NCBI GenBank assembly: GCA_964019425.1
Contig: OZ025800.1
Coordinates: forward strand, 124,001-188,000
Direction of reading: 5' to 3'
From: Flectonema sp. DT1601
Lineage: Eukaryota
Length of the DNA: 64,000 nucleotides
How positions within the stretch are numbered: the first letter of the stretch is position 1; every line of letters starts with the position of its first letter. The notes beneath the pieces are model-generated. The model saw nothing but the letters and a program-made list of their open reading frames with translations, searched no databases and was not told the DNA's origin. Below, piece by piece: positions 1 through 10,914 of this stretch. The position numbers and the translations under genes are program-made.

Positions 1-823
1 TTAATCTCCAATGAGGAGCTGCTTCCGAAGCAGCACCAGTGTTTTGAAGATAATAATCCCAACGAGTTCCCCATGCTGATGCTGGTTTTTCTATCCAAGA
101 TACGGAGTAGGTCCAGTGGATTTGTTTTGAAGATGTTGTGTTTGAGTCAACAAAGAGACGACCAGTGTTTTTAGAACAGTCTGGTTTTCGAATAGAACGA
201 GGGAATACTTCAAACCCAACGATAATGATTGAGTCGTTGGAAATATAATTATAATGAATACTAAAGTCATGATGATTATGTAAGAATACTTTATCATCTT
301 CACATCCTCCAATTGAGGCTCCGCGAACTTCCGGTGCTGATCTCAACGGATTTCGATCATCTTTACAAAACTTTTTGATAGCCATTCCTCTCGCGGCATC
401 TGAAGCTATCAAAGGAAGGTTATCCAAGACCATATTAGTTCTGTATCCTCTTCTTATAAATTCATTGAACTTTCTAATTGATGCAGCAGATAATATATCC
501 TCACCAGGAGAACACGTTAGTTTCTTACAACTTTCATTCTTCATGATGTTGAATTCATAAAGAGAGGACTCAAGAAGATCACCTTTTAACATCATTCCGA
601 CATTCACTTTTGACGAGTCTCTTTCAAGTTGATCAGCTCTGCAATATTGTAAAGAATAGTATTCGAAAGGAATGATAGCGTCAACGGATGTGAGTGAGTT
701 TACTTCTGGTATTGCGATGTGTTTTCCAGTGATGTTCCATGTCTTTAATTCCATTACCGAGTACCCAACACCTTGATTGGGTAGGACCACCACCAACATT
801 ACTGTTGTTAGTATTGAATACAT
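1..823 (-). CDS. Transmembrane 9 superfamily / endomembrane protein 70 (EMP70/TM9SF), N-terminal part; runs off the window's left edge
   Basis: Not in the ORF track because there is no stop in the window. Manual translation from ATG at 823 gives a signal-peptide-like MYSILTTVMLVVVLP, then VNSLTSVDAIIPFEYYSLQYC...NVGMMLKGDLLESSLYEFNIMKNESCKKLTC...FIRRGYRTNMVLDNLP, the TM9SF lumenal motifs. Confidence 0.9.
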   Translation of the reverse strand, partial: MYSILTTVMLVVVLPNQGVGYSVMELKTWNITGKHIAIPEVNSLTSVDAIIPFEYYSLQYCRADQLERDSSKVNVGMMLKGDLLESSLYEFNIMKNESCKKLTCSPGEDILSAASIRKFNEFIRRGYRTNMVLDNLPLIASDAARGMAIKKFCKDDRNPLRSAPEVRGASIGGCEDDKVFLHNHHDFSIHYNYISNDSIIIVGFEVFPRSIRKPDCSKNTGRLFVDSNTTSSKQIHWTYSVSWIEKPASAWGTRWDYYLQNTGAASEAAPHWRL

Positions 824-1058
824 TTTATTTTATATCTTTGTTGTTGTTGTTGTTTTTTAAAACAAAAGTAATTCACAACTACTTTACAAGCATTTCCGTT
901 AACTAATTGGTAACAAAAAGGTTGTCTGGAGAGTCAGGTCAGGGTGAGAGATTGACTCACGTTTTGAGCAAGATAACAAGATAGTTATTTTATTGAGAGA
1001 ATAAGAACGAAACAAAAGATTTATTTTTCCTAACAAATAATTTTAATAAGAACACCGA

Positions 1059-2192
1059 CTAATTCAGGACAGCTCCATTAGCTTTCAGAATCTCAACTAG
1101 CTCTTCGTGTGACTCTTCTTTAGCTATGAGGATTGGTTGATGATTTCCGAGAGTGTTATTGACGTCAGCCTTGTAAGAAATTAACAATTCGACTATCTTA
1201 CTGTGATTGTATTTTGAAGCAATACAGAGAGCAGAGTTCCCACTATTATCAATTTGATTAACCTTAGCAGACTTCTTAAGTAATAATTCAACCACCTCAA
1301 TGAAACCATTCTCAACTGCAAATAGAAGTGCACTACGACCTTCATCATTAAGGAAATCAACAATAGCTCCATTCTCAATTAGCATTTCAACAGCTTCCAG
1401 TCGTCCGTTAGTCGCAGCAACTTGCAATGCTGTTACTTTTTGAACCACATAATTCACATCAGCTCCAGCCTTAATTAGTTCTTCCAAAATGCTAACGTAT
1501 CCCAATTTAGATGCAGCGACTAGTGGAGTACAAGGAACAGATCCTCCGTAGTCAGGTTTAGCACCACTTCTAAGTAGTTCTTTAACCACTCCAACGCTAG
1601 AAGCCTGAGATGCTATTAATAAAGGAGAATAACCTTCTATATTCATTCCATTAACGTCAGCTCCTCCTTCAATTAGAATCTTGAGAGCTACTTCATCACC
1701 ACCTGATGAGGCAATCGTTAGAGGAATACCACTGTAGTATACCTGCTGGTTTGGATTAGATCCGTGTGCGAGTAATTGTTTTATTATTTCATGTCTCCCT
1801 TCTTTAACAGCCATCGCCAATGGAGTGAGGTGTATTCTGGTATCAAAATCGTCAGGTTCGACTCCCGCATGAATATACGAGATCACTAAATCTCCTCCAG
1901 CTTTAACCTCTGCTACCAAATTTGCTGAAGTTGGTTCTTTGTCACCAAGTCTTCGTAAGGCAATTGCTTTTTCCGATTCCTCCATAGTAATTTGATCATT
2001 GTCATTTACTCCATAGCCAGACACTAGTTTTGAGTCTTCCATAACCACACCTTCATACAGTAGATTAAACAGACTACTTGAGAATCCTCTTTCTTCTAAT
2101 TGCTTTTTCATGTCTCCAACTCTTGTGTTGACTTCCATCGTAAACGGTTCCACTGATCCATCCAATGTCGAAATGAATAACGCCAGAGACAT
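1059..2192 (-). CDS. Ubiquitin-like domain + ankyrin repeat protein (377 aa)
   Basis: N-terminal UBL-like segment (LFISTLDG...VGDMKKQL...LLYEGVVMEDSKLVSGYGVNDNDQITM) followed by about 8 ankyrin repeats (TPLAMAVKEG, SPLLIASQA, TALQVAATNG, SALLFAVENG, GADVN). Confidence 0.9.
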   Translation of the reverse strand: MSLALFISTLDGSVEPFTMEVNTRVGDMKKQLEERGFSSSLFNLLYEGVVMEDSKLVSGYGVNDNDQITMEESEKAIALRRLGDKEPTSANLVAEVKAGGDLVISYIHAGVEPDDFDTRIHLTPLAMAVKEGRHEIIKQLLAHGSNPNQQVYYSGIPLTIASSGGDEVALKILIEGGADVNGMNIEGYSPLLIASQASSVGVVKELLRSGAKPDYGGSVPCTPLVAASKLGYVSILEELIKAGADVNYVVQKVTALQVAATNGRLEAVEMLIENGAIVDFLNDEGRSALLFAVENGFIEVVELLLKKSAKVNQIDNSGNSALCIASKYNHSKIVELLISYKADVNNTLGNHQPILIAKEESHEELVEILKANGAVLN

Positions 2193-2522
2193 CTTTTGAG
2201 TGTTTTATTCTGATTTGGTTAAAAACGTTGTAGACTTGCTGCGTTAATAAGAATTGATACCACAAGGCTGTTTGAAATTAAAGAACAATATAATATAATT
2301 TTCAAAGATCAACACATCAATCAATAAATAGAACTATGTTACCATCTGAGGAGTTAGACGACAGTAAGAATAGAACCCATTAGAGTTGTCAACGGTTAGA
2401 GGGTTGACTACTCCAACAGAAAAATGCGAAACAAAAGAAATTTTCTTTAATTAAAAAGAGAGAGAGGGATGTCTGAATTACACAGAAGATAACAACAGAA
2501 CGAGTTAAGTAAGTTTCTTTGA

Positions 2523-2855
2523 TTAGGACATGTCATCAGCCATTCGTTTTTTGACAGATTTCGACCACTTCGTACCAACGTCTCTTCCATCCGCATCCGG
2601 TTGACTCATGTTGTGAAATCTTTTATCTCTGTGGCACAAAAACCTACGAGGCATCTTATCAACTTCCTTCCAAGCGAGGTTATCTGAAAGTTTTCGTTTT
2701 CCATTCTCGTCGACGACAGCCTCCTTCCATCTGGCGTTCCTCGTTTGCACTTTTATTCCGAGAGTGCAAACCAAACCTTCCTCAGACTTTATCTTCCATT
2801 TGGAATTAGAGTCGTGGATTCTCTTCTTTTCGAAATATCCTTTTCTGAAATCCAT
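2523..2855 (-). CDS. Hypothetical basic protein (110 aa)
   Basis: ORF on the same strand as all neighbours, with coding-like composition and an AG acceptor about 25 nt upstream of the ATG. No family recognised. Confidence 0.6.
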   Translation of the reverse strand: MDFRKGYFEKKRIHDSNSKWKIKSEEGLVCTLGIKVQTRNARWKEAVVDENGKRKLSDNLAWKEVDKMPRRFLCHRDKRFHNMSQPDADGRDVGTKWSKSVKKRMADDMS

Positions 2856-4118
2856 GTTGTGTTTTTGTTATAAACAATCTGAATTATGAAAATATTTGAG
2901 GTCGGGTGAAGTAACATATTTAATATTTACATTCGATCTCTGCATCAATTGCAATCTGAGAATGAAAAAACTACTTAATTGTGTCAGAAAAAAAAACTTC
3001 TTTTAAATGCATCCAAATAAGGCAACGCTGGTACTCACCAGTCCAAATAAAACTATTAAAGCTGTGGAACTGCTTGTAAGAAAACGTTCCGTTGTAATCT
3101 CTATTTTAATTTTTTATATTTTGGATTCTTTCTTCCCTTCTTTTTTTTTATAGAGTTTCATTTTTTTTTTTTTTTTTTTTTTCCCTCTTTTTTTTTTTTC
3201 CTTTTTCCTCTCCTCTATCTTGTAAGTCAGGCAAAATCATTAATTAATGACGAACAGGACGAACAGTTAGTTTTAACAGTCTGATTGCTTTATCAATAAG
3301 CAATAGAAGAAAACATCGAAAAAAGCAACTGAAGTCACAGAAAAAATCCGTCACTCGGAATCGAACTTAAACTGCGCTTGCTGTAAGTATGTATATAATT
3401 CAATCCATGAAGAGAAACGCATGAGACTCAAGTCGTCACCACCAAAATAAATTGAAGAGAATTGAAAGTCATTTCTGACACAAAGCAAAGAAGGCACTCA
3501 CAAGTGGTGTCTTCAATTTTGTAAAATAATAAAACACAGGACACGTACTTTGTTTTTTCGTTTTTTTTTTTTTTTTTTTTTCAAATTAGTCTTCTTCCCG
3601 ATCGTGATGAAACTGAAACTATTCTTAAAAATAAAACGAAATCGCGCAGGAAAATAATTCGAAGAATCCTCAGCAGTCAATTATGTTTCTAATATTATTT
3701 TATTGAGGAACTTTTTAATCAGTAAGTTCTTCGACTGAGTGCGAAGAAAACTAACTCGACAAAATGTTCCGGTGGACTATTTCGCATCCCTACGAAGAGC
3801 AAAAGAAAAAAAAAGGATCAAAGAAAACGCACGAAGACGCCAAGTTCCCCCGTCAAGTATTTCTTAAACAAAACATCACCAGATATTTGTATTTTCACTT
3901 TTGTAGAAAGGAAATACTGTTACTCCATCTAACACCTTTTTCATAAACAGCTAGAGAGATCATAAAAATCAGAAATATAGAAACTTATTTTTTTATTTTA
4001 AATATTAGTGTGCTCTGATTGGGTCGGAGAGTAGTCGTCAACAAATAAAAGATAAACGCACAAAGACGTATAACAGAACTGTCAGCTGATGACGAGTAAA
4101 CAAACGTATTCACTTTGG

Positions 4119-5468
4119 TCATCTACTTCCTTTGACAAATTTAATACAAAGACCAGATAAGAAACAAGCAAGGCAACCAAAAGAAAGCATGCAAGCATAA
4201 CCACGAAGTGAATATGAATTCGGATCAGAATTACTTCTTCCGACTGCATTGAGAATCGCTCCCCAAAACATTGGTCCTACAGAAGATCCAAGGAATGCGG
4301 CAATACCCCAAACTCCGAGATCCTGTCCTGACGTTGATTTGGAAGGTAAAACATCCAATGCTAGAGCGTAGTCAACTGCCAGGTATGAACCATTTCCGAT
4401 TCCGTATATTGCTGCTACTACATATACCATTCCAATAATGGAATCCTTGTCAACAATAAAAGGTACAATAATGAAAAGAGTATAAACAGCTGACATCACA
4501 CCACAAGATATATAAATCATCGACTTTCGACTCCAACCATTTGGGTTATCAGTCATTCTTCCAATTGGAAAGGCAACAGATGCAGCAGTGAATTGACCAA
4601 TTAAAGCGATGGTAGCTACTTGTTCTCTAGCAGTTGCATCATTCTTTGTACCAACGATATCTCTAATGTAGTAAAGCATGAATGCTTGACAGCTTACTGC
4701 AGCATAGAAGAATCCACGACTTACAAATACCCAAAAGAAATCCATATCCTGAGATGTATCAATGGTGTAGGACTTCATCACTTCTCGGCAGTTTGGAAAA
4801 GAACGAACTTCTGCAGATTGCTCGTTTGCGACATAGCAAACGATACCAACAGCAACAATCAATAAAACTTGATACAGAGAGTACACTTGCGTGATGTCTC
4901 TAGTTCTATAAATCATAACATAACCAAAACCAAAGAAAGATCCCAACAATTGCATCACAGCAACCAAACCAGAAGCAGAACCTTGTTTTGCTTCAGGTAT
5001 AATATCAGGTACTAATCCACATTGAGCTGAATATGTTACATTTAATGAAATCATTGCAACAAATAAAGAAATTGAATACTGCCATCTACTACGTTCTATA
5101 GAAGCATGTTGCATAATAGCTACAGATACAAAGGCACCGAGTGCTCCACAGACAATAAATGGTCTCCTCTTTCCCCATGAACTGGCGCATCTATCACTGA
5201 TAAGACCAACGTATGGACATACTAGTTGTGATAGTCCAATGCTCAATAAGAAGCATCCAAGTGCTACACTCTCTCCATCTGGAAACAGTCTTAGAGCCTC
5301 TTCAGGTAATATAAACATTCCCATTGTAGTACAGATGCAACCATAGGCAAAATTAAACAACGTGATGCCTACAATCTTACCAAAGGAAACCTCAGGCACG
5401 TCAGAAGCTCCTTCTACGTCGATGTACTCCGCAGCCGAGCGACGTTTGGCTGCCACACCGCTGCTCAT
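4119..5468 (-). CDS. Major facilitator superfamily transporter (about 449 aa, about 12 TM)
   Basis: MFS motif A variant GLISDRCASSWGKRRPF and about 12 hydrophobic helices. Probable start MSSGVAAK at 5468, just after a pyrimidine-rich ...TTCTCACAG acceptor at 5482. Confidence 0.88.
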   Translation of the reverse strand: MSSGVAAKRRSAAEYIDVEGASDVPEVSFGKIVGITLFNFAYGCICTTMGMFILPEEALRLFPDGESVALGCFLLSIGLSQLVCPYVGLISDRCASSWGKRRPFIVCGALGAFVSVAIMQHASIERSRWQYSISLFVAMISLNVTYSAQCGLVPDIIPEAKQGSASGLVAVMQLLGSFFGFGYVMIYRTRDITQVYSLYQVLLIVAVGIVCYVANEQSAEVRSFPNCREVMKSYTIDTSQDMDFFWVFVSRGFFYAAVSCQAFMLYYIRDIVGTKNDATAREQVATIALIGQFTAASVAFPIGRMTDNPNGWSRKSMIYISCGVMSAVYTLFIIVPFIVDKDSIIGMVYVVAAIYGIGNGSYLAVDYALALDVLPSKSTSGQDLGVWGIAAFLGSSVGPMFWGAILNAVGRSNSDPNSYSLRGYACMLSFGCLACFLSGLCIKFVKGSR

Positions 5469-7036
5469 TTTGTCAAGGCAGCTGTGAGAATAAATAAGAA
5501 CGAACACCAAAGGAACGAATTCTAACAGAAACACATCATGTCGAAGGCGTATTTGTGTAAACTATTTACCTGATCATAATTATGATTTAATTTAGTTGTT
5601 TAGTTCTGAAATACTTGAAGAACTCCAACAGACTGCGACAAAACAACAGCTGCTCAAAACACAAGAACAAAGAGGACAACAGAAGTGAGTGAGTCGGACA
5701 AACGTTTCCTTTTGTTCACGCGTTAGGAATCGTGAGAAATAACTGCATAACAACAAAACAGAAAGAAATCAAACTGGTGAATAAAAAATGTTTCAGGAAA
5801 TAATTTTGCTTAGAAGGTCGGTTTCCAGACAAAAATCTACCACGCATATTGCAACAGAAAACACGTACAGGATGAACACGCGACGAAATCAACCAAAAAC
5901 AGAAAAATAAAAAACTAAAATCTCGTACAGTTACGGAGAGAAAATCAATAATCTCCTTCTGCTGCTATTCAAAATTAGTATTTCGAAACAGGCCAGCATT
6001 GGGTAATAAGAGATATGAAAAATCCGTAAGGCCTTATTGCAAGGCTCCATCTCTTCATAGATTTGAATGGATCGTGAAGGGTAAAATTTTATTTTCATTC
6101 CCCACTTTGAACTAACACAAAACGTGCGTCACCGCGGGGATGCTTTTCTCAAAAAATTTATCGCTTATTGCAATCCGTGAATGTCTTTATTAATTTAATC
6201 CACTTTACAATGAATTATTTTAATTACAAAGAGCTTCAAAAGTAAAGTCGTAGGGCCAGCTGCCGTCAATGAACGGAAAATGATTGTGAAAAACGAAAAA
6301 TAACAGAAAAAAAAGAAATAAAAGAACTCCCAACTAATTTGTTTTTGCGATGATTTTTTTTGATAATCATAATATTATAAATTTATAAATTACAAAATAA
6401 AATATTTTGATTTGTGAATAATCCATACAACACCTGACTTCTGTTCCCTGAGTAGTCCTCATGACGGAACAATTTGAAGTTACTCTTTCTGAATAATAGA
6501 TGTGACACATCGAATACAACTTGATCAGACAATGTATGATGAGACTGTACATCCTTATGCAAAAAAAGAAATGTTGCTTGGTAAGAAAAAAAAAACTGGT
6601 TGTAAAAAGGCTGAGATTAATAAAGATCTGGGCTGATTTTGTGGGTTCACACTCGATATGGACTCACTAAGGTATCACTTTAGTAGGCTTGTTGAGCGCT
6701 ACTTCCCCTATCCAGTAACTGTTTCTACGAAATATTACACATTCTTGTTAATAACAGAGATTAGTTTAGTGCAAGAAAAAATAAAAGAAAAGCATAATAT
6801 TATCATAGACCACAACCATGGAAAACAATAAAAAGAAATCAAAAGCATTAAGACAACTCAAAAAGGTCAACCAACTCAGCCATTAAAAAAAAAAGAGCCA
6901 AAGTTTTGATTATAATAAAAACGTTACATCTATAATGAGATAATAGAACTGAAGTAGTTCTTCTACTTAATCCGATTGGACTTTGACTAATAAATAAAAA
7001 GAAATAAATATCACATTTAAACATTTAAATTTACTA

Positions 7037-10000
7037 CTACTCGTTTTTGAGGTGAGAAAACTGGACCTGCCTACGATATGTGGTACCCGTGACGGTGGAT
7101 GACAGCAGACGTGATAGTATATTTTCATAAACAACATCTGACGGGTTTGTAGCAACGTGAAGTGTAAGTTTCTTAATAGCATCCTTATCTCTTGAGTGTA
7201 GAAGAGAAAGGTAACATTCATTCAGATCAGATGAAGAGTTGAGTTCCAAACCATCGTCGTTGTCGTCAATTGCTGATAGTACGTTACCTAACTTACCTGA
7301 CATCACATCATAAAAAGTAACATTCTCACGACTCTCAATATCTTGCCAGACATCTGCAATCCGAAGGTAAGGAGCAACAACACTACAAGTCTCTAATAGA
7401 TTACTTCCCTTCAAACGGTCAGCAACAATACAAAATCCACCCAAAGACTTTGCAAGGTCGCATGCAGCATCGGTTATTAAGAAACAGCGACCAAATATTG
7501 TACTAAATCTTTGATTCTTAGTACCAACATTACCATAATGACACTCTTCTGTAGTAATCCCAATTACTAATCCGCTCTTCTTTCCTCCCTTCGAGTAGAC
7601 GTCAGCAGAGAACCGAATCGCTGCAATTGTGTGAAGCTTTACAGCAGAAGACCAATTAACACCAATTGAGTTTCCAGCTACAAATACAACAACCCCGTCA
7701 GTTACTGCAGCTGAGTCAAGCGCCACAGCAACAGCTAAACTGTAAGTATTGGGATCTGATGTAGTCCCTGGTAGTTTTACTGATGCTACAGACATCATTC
7801 CTTTTGATAGGGAAAGTTTTGTTTTGCTGTTTTTATTTCGTACCCGAACAGTCACAGAACTTGGCGTCGTTGAGATCAGTTGAACTGACTCCGTGACACC
7901 TGAAAACCTTCCTTCTAAATCTTTAGGTACAGAAACAAAAAGACTCTTATCACCAATACCTTTTAGAGGACGAATCCCATGATTGTGAAATACGATTCGA
8001 TCCTTCACTTGACTTTCGATTAGTTGTTTGAAGTCTTCAGTACAACAAACTGTTCCAGGCATGGCTGAGGCTTCGAGACGTGCCGCAGTGTTGATAGTAC
8101 TCCCTCGGTAATCTGCTCTACCAGTCATCGGACTTTCCTCTAAGTTGGCTTCACCACGGGTGAGACCTATTCGGAGTTGAAGACCGTTCCAAAGGAACTT
8201 ATCAGAGTCAGGTAACTTAACTCGCGGTAGTAATAGTCCTGATGGCCATCTGGCTTGGAGTAGTCTTGTTTGTACTTCGTGACAAAATAAGAAAGCATCC
8301 TTAGGATCAGTAAATGCGACCATGAAAGCGTCACCGATAGTCTTTACTTCATAACCAGAGTATTGTGCAACACAAGAACGGATGAGTGTATCATGTTGAG
8401 TCATTGCAGTCATCATGTCTTCAGGACTTTGCTCCCAAAGTGACGCACTCTTTACAATATCAGTAAACACACATGTGATCTCTCCTTGAGGTGGAGGAAC
8501 TGAATTAAAGTTATCCCCATCAATGACAGCATCAGGAACATACGCTCTGTACTCTCGTAGGTTTTTAACCATTTGTTGAAAACTGTCTTGCATGTTTGAA
8601 ATTTCGTAGAAAAGAGATTCGTTGTTTCCGCCGTCGAAAACGTCTTCCTTCAAATCGAATTGAGCAACCTTTGCCATGTCCTGCTCCAATGACAAGAGTG
8701 GTTTGAAAATAACCTTTAGCATGAATGCTGAAAGCACCAAAACAAATACTGCCAGACAAAGAACGACTACGATTGTAATTATTCGATCTCTTGACATCTC
8801 ATTACTGATGTCGCGATCTTCTGTTTCAACCTGTGCTAAGGTTTGATCTTTAGCTTTACTAACATCATTCGTAGCATTGTCGTATTCGGCAGCAGCTAAC
8901 CACCAGTTTATACCTGTTGAGGTATTTATACGATGAACGTAAATAACGTATCCAGAAAATCGATAAGTAGAGTTACTATTGAAAACTATTTCATAACCGG
9001 TTTCAGTGGAGGTATCAAGAGAGTGAATTCCTTCAGCAATCTCTCTGATGGTGTTGTCTGTTGCTTGAATGTCTTTTAATAATACGGCACTGCCGTCTAT
9101 CAAATTGGTTCCATTTACTGATAAGTAGCTGTCTCCACTACTGACACCTGTTAAGATACCTTGTTGACCTCTTGTTTCGGCATAGTCGTTACCGAAGAAA
9201 TCCCCAACGGGAGATTCAGCTACAATAGTGTATATCGCTATGTCAATTCCGGAGTTGCTTTTGGTCGCTTCCGCTAGCTGTCTTAAGAATTCACTAACTT
9301 TCTCTAAACTTACGGATACTTGAGTAGTAATAGCATATTGAGGTGTGATTTTGACAACTGAATTGTAATACATTCCTGCAACAGTAGTAATCGGTACCAC
9401 ATGCGACCACTGTGAATTTCCAATACTAATGTAACCTTCTAACAACATGACTGTGTCGTTAATTTTCATTACACGTTCCTCAGCAGTCAGATATCGCAAT
9501 GGAACGTCAACCACACCTGAACCTGATGTGGTAGTGCCGAGGAGGGCTAAGTTATTTTCAAGTGTTCCGTTAATTTCCACGACGAGTGATTGCTGTGCAA
9601 AGTTAGCGAGATGTGTTAGAGTGTTTTGTTCGTAATCATAAACACTGACAGCTGTAGTTGAAAGACCCTTACTAGCAAAGGTTTTAGTTGATAACCAAAT
9701 GGTAGGAGCAAGTTCTTTAGTCCAATCCCAAATACGTGGATCAGGATGAGTTACTTTATTGATTGCATTGGATAGAAGACGTTGTCCTGTTGTTCCAATT
9801 TCCAAAAAGTCATCTACAGAGGCCGCTATCGATGCTGATCCAAGTCCTAGTAGAGCTCTCGTGTTCTTATCAACACTCACGTGAGCTGCTTCAAAACACT
9901 TCGCTAATCCATCATCATTAGTCTTTCTCGTATCATCTAGTGCAGTATCACATGTTTGAATCGCAACTGTCGCACTTGGCACTACTGTAGCCAGCACTGC

Positions 10001-10093
10001 AAACAGACAGATAATAGCTGCGACTACAGGAACACGAATTCGATGTATCTGTTTCACACTCTCACTCGAACTAATACTCAGTGATGGTTCCAT
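7037..10093 (-). CDS. Receptor-type class III adenylate cyclase (TM - extracellular sensor - TM - HAMP - cyclase - degenerate cyclase), 1018 aa
   Basis: Cyclase motifs FTDIVKSASLWE, YEVKTIGDAFM and ADYRGSTINTAARLE; two TM helices; HAMP-like KPLLSLEQDMAKVA...EISNMQDSFQQMVKNL. Confidence 0.9.
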   Translation of the reverse strand: MEPSLSISSSESVKQIHRIRVPVVAAIICLFAVLATVVPSATVAIQTCDTALDDTRKTNDDGLAKCFEAAHVSVDKNTRALLGLGSASIAASVDDFLEIGTTGQRLLSNAINKVTHPDPRIWDWTKELAPTIWLSTKTFASKGLSTTAVSVYDYEQNTLTHLANFAQQSLVVEINGTLENNLALLGTTTSGSGVVDVPLRYLTAEERVMKINDTVMLLEGYISIGNSQWSHVVPITTVAGMYYNSVVKITPQYAITTQVSVSLEKVSEFLRQLAEATKSNSGIDIAIYTIVAESPVGDFFGNDYAETRGQQGILTGVSSGDSYLSVNGTNLIDGSAVLLKDIQATDNTIREIAEGIHSLDTSTETGYEIVFNSNSTYRFSGYVIYVHRINTSTGINWWLAAAEYDNATNDVSKAKDQTLAQVETEDRDISNEMSRDRIITIVVVLCLAVFVLVLSAFMLKVIFKPLLSLEQDMAKVAQFDLKEDVFDGGNNESLFYEISNMQDSFQQMVKNLREYRAYVPDAVIDGDNFNSVPPPQGEITCVFTDIVKSASLWEQSPEDMMTAMTQHDTLIRSCVAQYSGYEVKTIGDAFMVAFTDPKDAFLFCHEVQTRLLQARWPSGLLLPRVKLPDSDKFLWNGLQLRIGLTRGEANLEESPMTGRADYRGSTINTAARLEASAMPGTVCCTEDFKQLIESQVKDRIVFHNHGIRPLKGIGDKSLFVSVPKDLEGRFSGVTESVQLISTTPSSVTVRVRNKNSKTKLSLSKGMMSVASVKLPGTTSDPNTYSLAVAVALDSAAVTDGVVVFVAGNSIGVNWSSAVKLHTIAAIRFSADVYSKGGKKSGLVIGITTEECHYGNVGTKNQRFSTIFGRCFLITDAACDLAKSLGGFCIVADRLKGSNLLETCSVVAPYLRIADVWQDIESRENVTFYDVMSGKLGNVLSAIDDNDDGLELNSSSDLNECYLSLLHSRDKDAIKKLTLHVATNPSDVVYENILSRLLSSTVTGTTYRRQVQFSHLKNE

Positions 10094-10362
10094 CTTGTTC
10101 CCTCTGTTTGAGGTGAGGGATTCTGTGGGAGTAAATAAGTTAGGTAATAGTCTAGTAGCGTGAAAAATAATAAAATTACTACACCAGACTCGATGCGATC
10201 AAACTCTTCTACTGTCTTGAAGTCAATAACTTCGCATAGCATGCGAGGCTTAATGTCTACCCAGTACTCCGTCAGATACTGGGATGAAGGGTATTACACA
10301 ACTACATAGAATCTACGAATCTACTTTTATATTAGTTCATATAGTAAATAATGTAAATATTA

Positions 10363-10707
10363 TTATCCCTTTCCTTTACATGATACATCAGTCAGATCAA
10401 TGAGGCCAGCCAAATTGATTTCTGGTTGAGATACAATTGGTGGTGCCCCTGATGGGCCAGTAATGTTTTTCGCGTGAGCCTTTCCTATTTTGTCGACAAC
10501 TACTTCGAATTCAACAATTGTTCCCTCTGCTAGACTACGATTTCTAGAACTACCTCCCTGCGGTACGATATCATTTGTGTGAACTAATATAGTTGAATGA
10601 GTCCATAATCCAGGTGTTGACATCGCCGTCATGATTGGCGATACAACACCAGTACCTCTTTTAGGAAACCATTTTAATACGCGACCACAGTCACGGAATT
10701 TTGGCAT
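10363..10707 (-). CDS. Small cold-shock domain (CSD) protein, divergent RNP motifs
   Basis: GRVLKWFPKRGTGVV...ILVHTNDI...RSLAEGTIVEFEV...KAHAKNITGP is a CSD signature. Start MPKF at 10707 follows a TTTTCATTTTCACAG acceptor at 10728. Confidence 0.8.
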   Translation of the reverse strand: MPKFRDCGRVLKWFPKRGTGVVSPIMTAMSTPGLWTHSTILVHTNDIVPQGGSSRNRSLAEGTIVEFEVVVDKIGKAHAKNITGPSGAPPIVSQPEINLAGLIDLTDVSCKGKG

Positions 10708-10914
10708 GTTTCGTTTTTTTTCTTCCCCTGTGAAAATGAAAACAATATCGGACTTAAAGATGTGACTTGACACGTTCGGTGGTTGGCATTTGATCTTCTG
10801 AAGTTGGTACCTGAAAAAAGAATAATTATTAAAGAAAGCAGCAGGCCGACGTCACTCTACTGAATAGGTGAGAAAGATGGTAATCTCTCGCAGTGTATAA
10901 TAAAACGACTGACA

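Noticed and set aside
3341..3366. tRNA-like 3' end (minus strand GTTCGATTCCGAGTGACGGA followed by TTTTTT)
   Set aside because: The T-stem and acceptor stem cannot be paired and no D or anticodon arms are evident. At most a degenerate B-box; tRNAscan-SE would settle it.
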